NCBI GenBank assembly: GCA_963839705.1
Contig: CAWIWL010000013.1
Span: 453,950 to 517,949, forward strand
Source of the DNA: an uncultured Acidobacteriota bacterium
Lineage (GTDB): Bacteria > Acidobacteriota > Vicinamibacteria > Vicinamibacterales > 2-12-FULL-66-21
Reading direction: 5' to 3'
DNA: 64,000 bases
The notes under the pieces: model-generated
Told to the model about the DNA's origin: nothing
Seen by the model: the letters and a program-made list of their open reading frames with translations, nothing else
Database searches by the model: none
Part shown: positions 1-10,255 of the stretch, piece by piece
How the letters are laid out: every line of letters starts with the position of its first letter
How positions within the stretch are numbered: the stretch's first letter is position 1
Program-made: the position numbers and the translations under genes

Positions 1-2033
1 CGAAGTTCTTTGCGCCGTAGGCGTTGAACCCAGCGGCATACAGAGCCGTTGCCGTGGCATCGGCCGGGATGACCGGCACGCCTACCTTGGCGGCACGGAT
101 CTTTACGGTTTGCGCCAAGTCGCCGTGGATCGCGTTGACCAGAGCCGAGTACTCGCCGAATCGCGCCGGTTCGAGCGATCGAATGTCGCGGGTGAACTCG
201 CGTTCGATCGTCAGGCGTGTACCGGCGACGACGTACCGCGAGGCGTAGGTTGGCCCGCTGCCCACCGTGACGTTGGTCGGTGCCCGGAGCTCGTAGCCGG
301 CGGGCAGGTCGAGTGATGTGGTGAGGATCATTCGATGGGGCGATCCGAGCTCCAGCGCAACACCGCCGCGACGATCCTCTTCCTTCTCGTAGGGCACACT
401 CAGCGTAGGAAGCGTCCGCATCTCGCTCGTCGCCGCCGCCCAGTTCAAGACGTCGGACTGCCGCATCTTCGCCGTGATCTGGAACGGCTGGCGTGTCGCC
501 GCCGGGTCGCTCGTGGCCTCGTCCGAAAAATCGCCGGTGAGGCCGAAGGTCTTGGCGAGGCCGCTGACGAACTCCTTCAGCGACTCGCGCGGCAGCGCTC
601 TCAGGAGACTCCTCACCAGCAATTCAGCATCGCCCGACAGCGAAAAGGTCACGGTAGCCGTGAGGGCGCCGATCGAGTCGATCGTTCCGCTGACGGTCAC
701 GCGATCGATTGACGGCATCGGTGGATCCACGGGCGTAGTCACGAGACGGGTGCCTCGGCCCCCGCTACCGACCAGGAGGACTCGCTTGCCACGAATCGTG
801 GCCGGCAGCATGCCGACGGGCGCGACCTCCGTCGTCGTATCCATCCACGTCCAGGCGGCGCTGTCGTCTCCACTCGGGACGACGTTGATGACATGGTCGA
901 GTTCGAGCGGCGAGGCCAGGCCGGCGTCGAGGGATCGTTCCGAGTGGAGCAGGACCGGCCGGGACTCGATGCCAACGGCGGCCAACATGTACGCCAGCAG
1001 CGCCGCCTTGTCCTTGCAGTCACCGTAGCCATTCCTGAGCACGTCGCCAGGCGCGTGCGGCGCGAACCGCCCGATACCGAACGAGAGGCTGAGGTATCGA
1101 ATCTCCTTCGCGACGAAGTCGTAGATCGCATCAATCTTCTTCGAGCGCTCGGTGATGCCCTCGGTAAGCGCGAGGGCCTTGGCCTTGACGTCCGCACTGG
1201 CGGGCACGGCCATCAGCCCATCGAACCACTGCGCAACGGCGTCCCAGGACTGGTAGCTCGTCACCCGCACGTCAGCCGGCGAGCCGTCGCCTGTGTAGGG
1301 AGGAGGCTCCTTACCAGGGGACCGGGCGGTGGTGTTCGTTGCGACCCATCGATACAACCGGCGTCCGCCCTCGACGCGCGGCTCGCCTGCTGGCTGGAGT
1401 GCCGCTCCTGGACGGTTTCTGACAATGGGAGTGGACGTCGCTGGTACGTCGACCTCGAGGCGTTCGTCTAGAACGGCGCCGGAGTCGGTTGACGAGGTAC
1501 TCGAACCAGAAATGTCCAGGCGTCACCGGCCTGGTGACCTTCCAGGTCGCTTCAAGTTCGAGCGTATCGCCCGGCCGCAAGGCTGTCACCGCGATCTGCT
1601 TCTGCCGCAGATCGACGAGCGCCGCAGGATCTCCAGGGGGTCGAACCGCCAGATCCTGCACGTCGCCGGTCGCGTTCGCCGTCACGGTCCCGTCGGCTTT
1701 CCGGACCTGGACGCGATCGATCTGCAACTGCTCCGTGTCCGGGGCATACGGGAACGGCAGTCGGCCCCACTCGCGTACCGCCGATTCGGTGAGGACCTTG
1801 ACGCGCACCTTCAGCTGCCGCTCGCCGCTGCCGTCGCTCTGGTACTTCGCGCGAAGGTGTTTCAGCTCGATGACGTATTCCTGCGCGGTGCCGGGCGGAG
1901 CATTCGGTGTGGGCGCGGGAGGCGCGGGGCCCTGCGTCCGGACCGCCTGACTACTGCCGGTCACGAGTGCAAGCGCCATGAGCCAGGGCAGGGCGGGCCG
2001 TGGCCGGGGATCGACGGAAATCGCAGTCGCCAA
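1..2033 (-). pseudogene. Secreted DUF3857-like + transglutaminase-like domain protein; frame broken near 1487; C-terminus lies beyond the window start
   Basis: ORF 1311..2033(-) reads sensibly (signal-like N-terminus, ...TWKVTRPVTPGHFWFEYLVN) and then becomes Arg-rich nonsense. A second minus-strand frame is open from 1522 down to nt 1 and has no start codon. It continues DSGAVLDERLEVDVP...VLRNGYGDCKDKAALLAYML (transglutaminase-core Cys motif)...YAAGFNAYGAKNF. The junction is at GG 1487-1488 (CC on the coding strand). Confidence 0.75.
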
Positions 2034-2080
2034 GGTCGAGCTAGATTAGCACGCCGCTCCCGCGAGGTATCCTGTCACCC

Positions 2081-3281
2081 GTGGAGACCCTTCAACAGCA
2101 ATCGCGGCGCCTCGAGGCCGTCCAGGCGCCGGTCATCCCCATCGTCGGCCGCTGGACAACCGAAACGCCCGGCACCATCTCGCTCGGGCAGGGCGTCGTC
2201 TCGTACCGAGCCTCCGCGCGAGGCCATCGACGCGGCCCGCAGGTTCGGCGGAACGTTGACCGACCATCGATACGGCCCGGTCGAGGGACTGCCGGCGCTT
2301 GTCGAAGCGATCGAGGTCAAGCTCGCGCGCGAGAACGGTATCGCCGTGAGGCCGAAAAGCCGCGCGCTCGTGACGGCCGGCGGCAACCAGGCGTTCATGA
2401 ACGCCATCCTCGCGATCACGGATCCAGACGACGAGATCGTTCTGCCGGTGCCGTACTACTTCAACCACGAGATGGCGGTGGTGATGGCGGGCGCGAAAGC
2501 CGTCGCGGCGCCGACGGCGAGCGACTACCAGCTCGACCTGCGCGCGATCCAGGACGCGATCACGCCGCGAACGCGGGCAGTCGTCACGGTCTCGCCGAAC
2601 AACCCGACCGGCGCAGTCTATTCCGAGGCCGCGCTGCGGGCGGTGAACGCGCTCTGTCGCGATCGCGGCATCTTCCACATCCACGACGAAGCCTACGAGT
2701 ACTTCACCTACGGCGGTGTGAAGCACTTCTCGCCGGGGAGCCTTCCGGATGCGGCCGGCCATACGATCTCGCTCTTCTCGCTCTCCAAGGCCTACGGCAT
2801 GGCGAGCTGGCGGATCGGCTACATGGTGATTCCGGAACTGCTGCACGACGCCGTCAACAAGATCCAGGACACGATCCTCATCTGCCCGCCCGCCGTCTCG
2901 CAGCACGCCGCGATCGCCGCGCTCGAGGTCGGGCGCGCCTTCGCGGGCGCGCACATTGCGCGGCTCGACAGCACGCGCCGGGCCATCTTCGATGCCTTGA
3001 GCTCTCCGGACGTGCCGTGCGACGTGCCGTCGCCGGATGGCGCTTTCTACTATCTCGTCCGCGTGCACGCGCGCATGGACGCGATGACGCTCTGCGAGCG
3101 CCTGATCCGCGAGCACCGCGTGGCCACGATTCCAGGCTCCGCGTTCGCCGACCCGTCGCCGTGTTCAGTGCGCATCTCCTATGGCGCGCTCGATTCCGAT
3201 TCGGTGATCGAGGGGCTGCGGCGGCTCGTGGGCGGGCTGCAGGCGATCGCGTCGGAGTCCACTGCGACTCGGTCGAGTTGA
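2081..3281 (+). pseudogene. Class I/II PLP-dependent aminotransferase with a +1 frame break near 2206
   Basis: The N-terminus (GTG 2081; ETLQQQSRRLEAVQAPVIPIV...PGTISLGQGVVSY) is in the frame of ORF 2081..3316. The remainder (EPPREAIDAARRF...SPNNPTGAVY...SLSKAYGMASWRIGY...RISYG) is in the frame of ORF 1329..3281. Skipping one C of CC 2206-2207 joins the two parts. Confidence 0.8.
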
Positions 3282-3320
3282 CCCGTTCTCGGGCCGGTTC
3301 CCGGCACCCATCGTAGCTCC

Positions 3321-3827
3321 ATGACAACTTCTTTTGACATTCGCCGCGCAACGCCAGAGGATGCCTTCCTCCTCGCCACCCAGCGAGTGGCCATGTTTCG
3401 GGACATGGGCCGGACCGGGCCGGAGCTCGAAGAGCATCTCCTGGAGTCCTGTGCGGGCTACTTAGCAAAGGCGTTGGCGAGCGGCGAGTACGTCGGATGG
3501 GTGGCCCAACTCACCGCATCCCCCCACTCGGCTATCGGAGGCGCAGGAGTCCAGTTTCGACCGCTTCTTCCCCGGCCCGATCTCACCGGCCAGTTCCTGC
3601 TGCATGGCCTGGAGGGCTTGATCCTCAACGTTTATGTCGACCGGGCGCACCGTCGCCAGGGTGTCGCACGCCGCTTGATGGACACGCTCATTAGCTGGGC
3701 TCCCGGTGCGGGGATTGTGCGGCTGGTCCTGCACGCGTCGCCCGACGGGCGGCGCCTCTACGAGTCGCTCGGCTTTCTCGCGAGCAATGAAATGTTCTTC
3801 CCGCCGTTCCACACCGATGTTGTGTAA
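3321..3827 (+). CDS. GNAT family N-acetyltransferase
   Basis: 168-aa ORF with an acetyl-CoA binding motif (VYVDRAHRRQGVARRLM) and typical GNAT length and layout. Confidence 0.85.
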   Translation: MTTSFDIRRATPEDAFLLATQRVAMFRDMGRTGPELEEHLLESCAGYLAKALASGEYVGWVAQLTASPHSAIGGAGVQFRPLLPRPDLTGQFLLHGLEGLILNVYVDRAHRRQGVARRLMDTLISWAPGAGIVRLVLHASPDGRRLYESLGFLASNEMFFPPFHTDVV

Positions 3828-3828
3828 T

Positions 3829-3854
3829 GTGACTCGGTCCGGACCGAGTTGCCG
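3829..3854. repeat. Palindromic element, copy 1 (GTGACTCGGTCCGGACCGAGTTGCCG), 2 bp after the GNAT stop
   Basis: Perfect palindrome ACTCGGTCCGGACCGAGT at 3832-3849. Near-identical to copy 2 at 4535-4562. Confidence 0.8.
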
Positions 3855-4499
3855 ATTCGTCGGATCGCGGGTGCGCTCAAACACCGGGAAGAGGAGCATC
3901 TGCCATTGGTAGAAATCATCCTCTACATAACCACTCGGGACGCTGACGTGCTCCGATGCTGGTTGAATCGCGAATCGTCCATCGCGTGGATTGTTAAGAC
4001 CCGTCAGTCTGGTTGCGAGTACCGCTGGCAAGCCGTCGATACGCTTGATGCGCTCGAACCGTGCGGTTACCACCTGTGGCACAAAGGGGCTGGTCCCCTG
4101 AACATCCCGTCTGGCTCACTCGAGGTTCAGGATGCGATCGTGCCCGATCCGTACGCCGGCTGGACCCAGCGCCTCGACCGGGAGGATGTCACCACACCCT
4201 GGTTCGGCGCCAACTTGCCCGGCCCTTACCTTTTCAGATTTGCGCCGAACGGCCGAGAGCACCCGGAATCGATCGGCCGTTCTGGATTCAGTTGGCTCGG
4301 CGACTACTTCCGGCCCGTGGGCTGCTCGGCGCATCCAGAGGCAAAGCGATGGTGGCTGCGACTCGGCAGATTCGTGCGCTCACGAGCGACCGGCATTCCC
4401 TGGCCATCACCTGATCACGGCGGCCGCTCGCTTGGGTATGCGTTTCCGGATGCCTACGCAGAAATATTGCGAGGGCGCCGGTTTGACATCAATCCTTGA
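3849..4499 (+). CDS. Hypothetical protein, no family recognised; true start probably CTG/TTG near 3900-3906 after GAGGAG
   Basis: 216-aa ORF in a locally lower-GC stretch with a protein-like composition (...WLNRESSIAWIVKTRQSGCEYRWQAVDTL...PWFGANLPGPYLFRF...). The first ~17 codons overlap the hairpin repeat. Confidence 0.5.
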   Translation: MPIRRIAGALKHREEEHLPLVEIILYITTRDADVLRCWLNRESSIAWIVKTRQSGCEYRWQAVDTLDALEPCGYHLWHKGAGPLNIPSGSLEVQDAIVPDPYAGWTQRLDREDVTTPWFGANLPGPYLFRFAPNGREHPESIGRSGFSWLGDYFRPVGCSAHPEAKRWWLRLGRFVRSRATGIPWPSPDHGGRSLGYAFPDAYAEILRGRRFDINP

Positions 4500-4534
4500 C
4501 TTGGTGGCCTTGGATCGCGTCGGACCAATCGACA

Positions 4535-4562
4535 GTGCAACTCGGTCTGGACCGAGTTGCCG
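4535..4562. repeat. Palindromic element, copy 2 (GTGCAACTCGGTCTGGACCGAGTTGCCG)
   Basis: Shares ACTCGGTC[C/T]GGACCGAGTTGCCG with copy 1. Lies 36 bp after the stop of ORF 3849..4499, between convergent genes. Confidence 0.8.
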
Positions 4563-4618
4563 CAACCAGTAAAGTTGCTCGGCGAAGCCAAAACCATGGG
4601 GAACACTCGTCCCTGACT

Positions 4619-7456
4619 TTACTCCTGACGGAGCGCCGTGATCGGGTTGATCCGAATCGCCCGCCGCGCCGGAATCGCGCACGCCACCAGCGCGACGGCG
4701 GTCAGCAGGGCGATCGTCCCGGTGAAGGTCGGTAGATCGGTCGAGGAAACCCCCTGCAGCGAGCTGGCGAGGGCTCGCGCTCCGGCAAGGCCTCCAGCCA
4801 AGCCGATCAGGATCCCGACCCCGACGAGCAGCATGCCGTCGCGGACCACCAGCAGGAAGACGCGATGGCTGTCCGCACCGAGCGCGAGTCGAATGCCCAT
4901 TTCGCGGGTACGGCGTGAGACGGAAAACGATAGCACGCCGTAGATGCCCACCACCGCCAGCACGAGCGCCAGGCCTCCGAACACCGCGAGCAGCCAGGCC
5001 CCCATTCTTGCTGCATACAGCGATGTCCCAATGGTGTCGGCCATCGTTCTGATGTTGGGCACCGGAAGGTTGGGCTCGAGCGACTGGATTTCCCGGCGCA
5101 GGGCGCCGACGAGCGAGGCCGGTGGGACCGACGCGCGGACGTACAGCGTCATGCCGGTTTCATGGTTCTGCGCGAGCGGCAGGTAGGCCACCGGCACCGA
5201 CTCTTCCCTCAGCGCGCCATACTTGCTGTCGCGAACGACGCCGACGATCTCTCGCCAGGGTCCGTCCGGACCATCGACGCTGACCCGGCTGCCGATCGGA
5301 TCGGCGTTCGCGAACTGCATCGCCACGGCGGTCGCGTTGAGGATGACCACCGGCGGTCCGGTTTCCACGTCGGTGTCCCGGAAGTCGCGGCCCTTCACAA
5401 GCGCAATGCCGAGCGTCTGGAAGAACTCCCGTCCGACTACGTTCGCGTTGATGAGCCTCGCGTCGTTGGCGGCCGCTCGCCCGCCCTCGCTCTGCGCGCG
5501 CTCGTGCGTCGAGCCCCGCCCTTCGACGTGGAGGCTGAGCACCCGGGAGCTGCCGCCGAGCACCGCCACCCGGGCGACAGTCGCGGACTCGACGCCCGGG
5601 AGTCCTCTCACCCTCTCGACCGCCTGCCGATAGAACTCACGCCCCTGCGCGCGGGTGTAGCGCAGAAGATTGACGCTGAGCGGCGCCGAGACCAGCTTGT
5701 CGACGTCGACGCCGGGATCGATCGCGCGCGCCGACTGCAGGCCGCGCACGAACAGGCCAGCGGCAATCAGCAGCAGCAGTGACAGCGCGACCTCGCCGAC
5801 CACCAGGATCTTCTTGAGATCGAAGCGCGCCCGGCGCTCGCCGAGCGTGGCGTCCGTGCCCTTGAGCGCAGGCACCAGGCCGGGACGTGACGCCTCCAGT
5901 GCCGGGGCGATGCCGAAGAGGATGCCGGTCGCGCACGAGAGCAGCAGCGAGAACAGCAGCACCCGCCGATCGAGCGCGAAATCGAAGGTGAGCGGAAGCG
6001 CGCCCGCGGGTGGCGGCGCCGCCTGGAACGCGGCGGTGACCGCCCAGGCGATGGCCACGCCGGCGGCACCGCCGAGGAGCGACAACAGCACGCTCTCGGT
6101 CAGGAGCTGGCGCACAAGCCGGCTGCGGCTGGCCCCGAGCGCCAGGCGGACCGCCACTTCCCGGCGCCTGGACGAGGCGCGCGACAGCAGCAGGTTCGCG
6201 ATGTTGGCGCAGGCAATCAGCAGCACTGCACCCACCACGCCACCGAGCAGCAGCGCCGCCGATCGCAGCGGCCGACGCTGATTGTCGGTCCCTTCTTCCA
6301 GGCCCACCACCGAGATGGGCTGTAACGGCGCGGAAGGCGTGGCCCTGGCAGGGGCCGCCCCAGCGGGTAGCCGCGTGCGGACGAACTCCGACGCCACGCT
6401 CTCCAGCTCGGCGCGCGCCGGCCCAATCTGCGCGCTGGGCTTCAACCGGCCGACCGCGCTGATCCAGCTGTTGGTCAGGTGATTCAGCAGGTCGGGATTC
6501 TGATCGCCCGAGTACCTGGCGCGCGGCGGCCGCATGATCGCCTGCATCATCATCGGCACGTAGAGACTGCGCACGCCTCCGAGCACCGGGCCGCCGAACC
6601 CCGCCGGCGCCACGCCGACGACGGTGAAGACGTGGCCGTTCAACCGCACCTCCCGCCCGACGGCGTCGGCCTCGCCGGCGAATCGCGTCTGCCAGAAGTC
6701 GTGGCTGATCACGGCCACCGGATGCGCGCCCGGCGTCACATCGTCGGCAGGCGACAGCAGCCGTCCGCGCTCGGCGGGGCCGACTTGAAGGACGTCGAAG
6801 AAGTTGCCGGTGACGATCAGGCCGTTCACAAGTTCGGCCGAGTCCCCGGCGTTGAGGCTCGCGCTGATGCCGCCCCAGCCGGCCAGTCCCACGAAATGCT
6901 GCGTGTGGTCGCGCAGCGTGGCGTACATCGGATACGAGAAGACGCCGCCGTTGCCGCGGGAGACATAGGCGAGGCTGGCGGGATCGCTCACCCCCAGGCG
7001 CTGGAACAGCGTCGCGTTGACGAGACTGAAAACTGCGGTGTTGGCGCCGATGCCGAGGGCCAGCGTCAGGACGACGGCGATGGTGAAGCCGGGCTGGCGG
7101 CGCAGCATCCGGGCGGCGTAGCGGAGATCCTGGAGCGTGTCGGCGGCCAGGCCGCGACGCGGGGAACCCTCGGCAATCGGCGGCGGCACATGCGCCTGCC
7201 GCAGCGCGCGCATGTAGCGGCCGAGCGTGTCGTCGTCGCGCAGTTCCTCCAGGGCGAGCTGGCGGGCGTCGTGGTCGGCGATGCCGTCGGCGCGGAGCGC
7301 GTCGTAGCGATCGTCGAGGTGTTGCGACAGTTCGACGATGATTTCCCGCTCGCGGGCGGCGGTCAGCGCCAGCGGCGCGAGGCGCGGGCGCAGGTGTGTC
7401 GACCAGTCCCGCGACGCGGGCCGCGGTGGTTTCGAATCCCTCGTTGGATCAGGCAT
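4619..7456 (-). CDS. Duplicated orphan MacB/FtsX-type permease (ADOP-like)
   Basis: Starts at MPDPTRDSK (ATG 7456-7454). Has the MacB-type first TM ([28 protein letters not shown]), two FtsX-like 4-TM modules separated by large periplasmic domains, and ends ...INPITALRQE. There is no adjacent ABC ATPase. The start overlaps the PadR stop (ATGCCTGA). Confidence 0.85.
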   Translation of the reverse strand: MPDPTRDSKPPRPASRDWSTHLRPRLAPLALTAAREREIIVELSQHLDDRYDALRADGIADHDARQLALEELRDDDTLGRYMRALRQAHVPPPIAEGSPRRGLAADTLQDLRYAARMLRRQPGFTIAVVLTLALGIGANTAVFSLVNATLFQRLGVSDPASLAYVSRGNGGVFSYPMYATLRDHTQHFVGLAGWGGISASLNAGDSAELVNGLIVTGNFFDVLQVGPAERGRLLSPADDVTPGAHPVAVISHDFWQTRFAGEADAVGREVRLNGHVFTVVGVAPAGFGGPVLGGVRSLYVPMMMQAIMRPPRARYSGDQNPDLLNHLTNSWISAVGRLKPSAQIGPARAELESVASEFVRTRLPAGAAPARATPSAPLQPISVVGLEEGTDNQRRPLRSAALLLGGVVGAVLLIACANIANLLLSRASSRRREVAVRLALGASRSRLVRQLLTESVLLSLLGGAAGVAIAWAVTAAFQAAPPPAGALPLTFDFALDRRVLLFSLLLSCATGILFGIAPALEASRPGLVPALKGTDATLGERRARFDLKKILVVGEVALSLLLLIAAGLFVRGLQSARAIDPGVDVDKLVSAPLSVNLLRYTRAQGREFYRQAVERVRGLPGVESATVARVAVLGGSSRVLSLHVEGRGSTHERAQSEGGRAAANDARLINANVVGREFFQTLGIALVKGRDFRDTDVETGPPVVILNATAVAMQFANADPIGSRVSVDGPDGPWREIVGVVRDSKYGALREESVPVAYLPLAQNHETGMTLYVRASVPPASLVGALRREIQSLEPNLPVPNIRTMADTIGTSLYAARMGAWLLAVFGGLALVLAVVGIYGVLSFSVSRRTREMGIRLALGADSHRVFLLVVRDGMLLVGVGILIGLAGGLAGARALASSLQGVSSTDLPTFTGTIALLTAVALVACAIPARRAIRINPITALRQE

Positions 7457-7802
7457 TGTCGACTCCAGTGATGAGGCGCATCGCGGTGACAAACGATCGC
7501 CAGGTGTTCCGCTGGCTCGCCAGCACCCGGCGGCCCTCGGCGGTGAGCCGGTAGTACCGCCGCCGCCGCTGGCCAACCTTCTCCACCCACCGCCCCTGCA
7601 GCCAGCCGCGCTCTTCGAGCCGGTAGAGCAGGGGGTACAACGATGCGATGTGAAACTTCAGCTGCCCGGCGGACCGTTGCTCGATCTGCTGGCTGATCTC
7701 GTAGCCATGGCGGGCGCGAGTCTCGACAATCGACAGGATGATCAGTTCCGCGGATCCCTTCTTCAGCTCCCGGTCGAGCATCCGGCGATCGATAGATGTC
7801 AT
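7449..7802 (-). CDS. PadR family transcriptional regulator
   Basis: MTSIDRRMLDRELKKGSAELIILSIVETRARHGYEISQQIEQRS...LYPLLYRLEERGWLQGRWV...RRYYRLTAEGRRVL is a winged-helix PadR signature. Lies immediately upstream of, and overlaps, the permease gene. Confidence 0.85.
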   Translation of the reverse strand: MTSIDRRMLDRELKKGSAELIILSIVETRARHGYEISQQIEQRSAGQLKFHIASLYPLLYRLEERGWLQGRWVEKVGQRRRRYYRLTAEGRRVLASQRNTWRSFVTAMRLITGVDNA

Positions 7803-8089
7803 AGCCACATATGCTACAGCCAATACGAGCGAACGCCAGAAAAGATTTGAAGGCGGCTCGGCGGCGACCAGTTTCCGGCGAACCGGCCGAAGCGGACGCG
7901 GTACGTCTGGACTTCAACGGCGCAGTTGCTGGAGACTGTCGTCGACGGCGGTGCATACCTGGCCGCCTGGTGGGGGATTCCGTGCGCCGACGCCGCGTGG
8001 CCGAAGGTCGACGCCTTTCGGATCACGGGCGAATGGGTTCGTCCTGCGCAGCTGGGATCTCAAGAGCCATTGAGCTAAGTTAGGCCACG

Positions 8090-10255
8090 ATGAGCAGTCG
8101 CCCAAGTGTTCGACAATCCTTACCTGCCTGCGCCCTCACGCTGTCTCTCCACGCGGCCTTGCCGCCGTCTCTCGCCGCGCAGACCACGGATCGTGATCTC
8201 GAGGCCATCGCGTCGTGGGTCGCGGTCGACGCTGCCACCGGTTACGAGCGGCGGGTCGCGCCGGCACTAGCGTTGGCCCTCGGCGGTTGGAGTGCTGACG
8301 CGTACGGCAACGTCGTCACGACCGTCGGCACCGGCTCGCCGCACCGCATCGTCGCATGTGCGCTGGATCGTCCGAGCTATGCCGTGTCGCAGGTCAGGGA
8401 CGATGGTTACCTGCGGCTGCATCGGATTGGCAGCGGCTCCCGGCACCCGTTGTGGGACCAGCAATTTGAGGCACAGCAGGTGCGCGTGCTGACGACCGCC
8501 GGGCCCGTCGCCGGCGTCATCGCCAGGACGAACGGGCACTTCGCACAGCAGCACGCAAACGAGACCTCTGTCGCAACCGCTGACGATCTCTGGCTGGACG
8601 TGGGCGCCGAGTCGCGCGCCGACGTCGAGGCGCTCGGCATCGCGTTGCTGGATCCTGTCTCGCGTCAGCTTCCACCGTGGCCGATCGCAGGCGGTGTGGC
8701 GGGCCCGGACGTCGGGCGACGAGGTGGGTGCGCGGCGGTCGTCGCGGCCGCTGCGGCCGCACGACGAGACGGCATCCAAGGTCGTACGACATTCGTTCTG
8801 AGTGCGCAGGAAGTCACGGGATGGGTCGGTCTCTCCTCGTTCGTGGCTCGAGGCGAGCGCGCCGACCAGATGACGGTGCTGGCGCCCGGAGCAGACTCGC
8901 GGGCCGACACCGAACGATCGGCGAAAGAGCTCGGCCGCTTCGGTACTGTGCTCGAAGCCTCCGGCCTGAAGGCTGTGCGATGGCTGGTGCCATCGGTCAC
9001 GCAAACGGGCTCGCACCTGGAGATCTTGCGCGCGGCTGAGGCGGAGTGGCTGCTCGGTGCCGCCGCGACGTCGGCCGGTCTGGCCAACGCCCCGAGTCAG
9101 GGCTGGGTCGCGGCGCCACCTCCGGCCCCGCTGAGGATCAATCGTGCGGACGCCGCGTTCACCGAGGTGGCATCGGTCCTGTCCGATTTCGTCGAGCGCC
9201 ACGGGGTATCGGGGCACGAGTGGTCCGTCCGCCGTGCTGTGCTGGCGGCGCTGCCGTCCTGGGCGCGGGAGCGCGCGGTCGTAGACGACATCGGTAACAT
9301 CACCGTGGAGGCGGGACCACAGGGCGACGCGACGGTCTTCATGGCACACATGGACGAGGTCGGCTACGTGATCGAGTCGATCGCTCCCGACGGCACGCTC
9401 TCACTCGCGGGGCAGGGGGGCGCCGTGGCATCCGCGTGGGAAGGCCAGACGGCGCTCGTCCATTTCGATCCGCAGGGGGCGCCCAGCACGGTCACAGGAT
9501 TGGGCGACAACATCGACGCGCGCTGGAAGACCCATTCACTCGCTGCGACGGCGCCGCCGCCGCTCCGTGGCGTCTTCCGGATTCGATCCGCGGCACCGCG
9601 CAAGAATCCCGGTCCTCTGCAAGCGTGGTTTGGTCTGGACGCGCAAGGCCTGGCGGCGCGCGGCGTCGTGGTGGGCATGCAGGTGACGAGTCACAAGGCG
9701 GGACAGCGGCTCGGGCGGACGCGGTTCGCGGCCCGATCCCTTGACGACCGCGCCGGGACGACGGCGCTCGTGCGCGCGATCAACCAGATCAACCCCGACC
9801 GGCTGCCTGGCAGAGTGATCTTCGCCTGGTCGGTTCATGAGGAAGGCGGCCTGCGCGGCGCCACGGCGATGGCCCGCCGCTTCGGCCGGACCACGAGGCG
9901 GATCTACTCGCTCGACACGTTTGTCTCCTCCGACACGCCGCTCGAGTCGCCGCATTTCGCGTATGCGCCGCTCGGGAAAGGTCCCGTGTTCCGCGCGATC
10001 GAGAGCGCGAACGTGTCGCCCGACGAGGAACGGGAACGCGTGCGCCGGGCGGCCGCCGCCGCGGGCATTCCGCTGCAGATGGGATTGACGCAGGGCGGTA
10101 CCGACGGCTCTGTCTTCACCTTCTGGGGCGCGCCGAACCAGGGGCTGTCCTGGCCAGGCCGCTACAGTCACTCGCCCGGTGAGGTGCTCGACCTGCGGGA
10201 TCTCGATATGCTCACGCGACTCGTCGTGGCTGTCGCGTCATCGCGAGAGCGGTAG
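8090..10255 (+). CDS. Secreted tandem-M42 (glutamyl aminopeptidase/FrvX-like) protein: degenerate N-terminal copy plus catalytic C-terminal copy
   Basis: The C-terminal half has the M42 motifs AHMDEVGYVIESI, SLDDRAGTTALV, WSVHEEGGLRGA and SLDTFVSSD. The N-terminal half aligns to the same layout but reads ACALDRPSYAVSQV, PDVGRRGG and LSAQEVTGWVG, so the metal ligands are lost. Signal-like N-terminus. Confidence 0.7.
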   Translation: MSSRPSVRQSLPACALTLSLHAALPPSLAAQTTDRDLEAIASWVAVDAATGYERRVAPALALALGGWSADAYGNVVTTVGTGSPHRIVACALDRPSYAVSQVRDDGYLRLHRIGSGSRHPLWDQQFEAQQVRVLTTAGPVAGVIARTNGHFAQQHANETSVATADDLWLDVGAESRADVEALGIALLDPVSRQLPPWPIAGGVAGPDVGRRGGCAAVVAAAAAARRDGIQGRTTFVLSAQEVTGWVGLSSFVARGERADQMTVLAPGADSRADTERSAKELGRFGTVLEASGLKAVRWLVPSVTQTGSHLEILRAAEAEWLLGAAATSAGLANAPSQGWVAAPPPAPLRINRADAAFTEVASVLSDFVERHGVSGHEWSVRRAVLAALPSWARERAVVDDIGNITVEAGPQGDATVFMAHMDEVGYVIESIAPDGTLSLAGQGGAVASAWEGQTALVHFDPQGAPSTVTGLGDNIDARWKTHSLAATAPPPLRGVFRIRSAAPRKNPGPLQAWFGLDAQGLAARGVVVGMQVTSHKAGQRLGRTRFAARSLDDRAGTTALVRAINQINPDRLPGRVIFAWSVHEEGGLRGATAMARRFGRTTRRIYSLDTFVSSDTPLESPHFAYAPLGKGPVFRAIESANVSPDEERERVRRAAAAAGIPLQMGLTQGGTDGSVFTFWGAPNQGLSWPGRYSHSPGEVLDLRDLDMLTRLVVAVASSRER

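Noticed and set aside
1329-2080. N-terminal 250 codons of the 650-aa ORF 1329..3281
   Set aside because: This part is antisense to the DUF3857-like gene and translates to Arg/Ser/Pro-rich junk. The real aminotransferase starts at GTG 2081 in another frame and shifts into this frame at ~2206.
3321-4562. GNAT + downstream ORF as a GNAT-toxin/antitoxin pair, or the ORF as an integron cassette with attC-like hairpins
   Set aside because: The GNAT has an ordinary housekeeping-like sequence, and the partner is downstream, large (216 aa) and lacks an RHH/DUF1778-like domain. The hairpins are short perfect palindromes without the GTTRRRY/RYYYAAC cores of attC, and no intI is nearby.
7457-7576. Upstream extension of the permease ORF (MASGGGGTTGSPP...)
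   Set aside because: It overlaps the PadR coding region. The permease family N-terminus begins at MPDPTR (ATG 7456), which forms the ATGCCTGA start/stop overlap.
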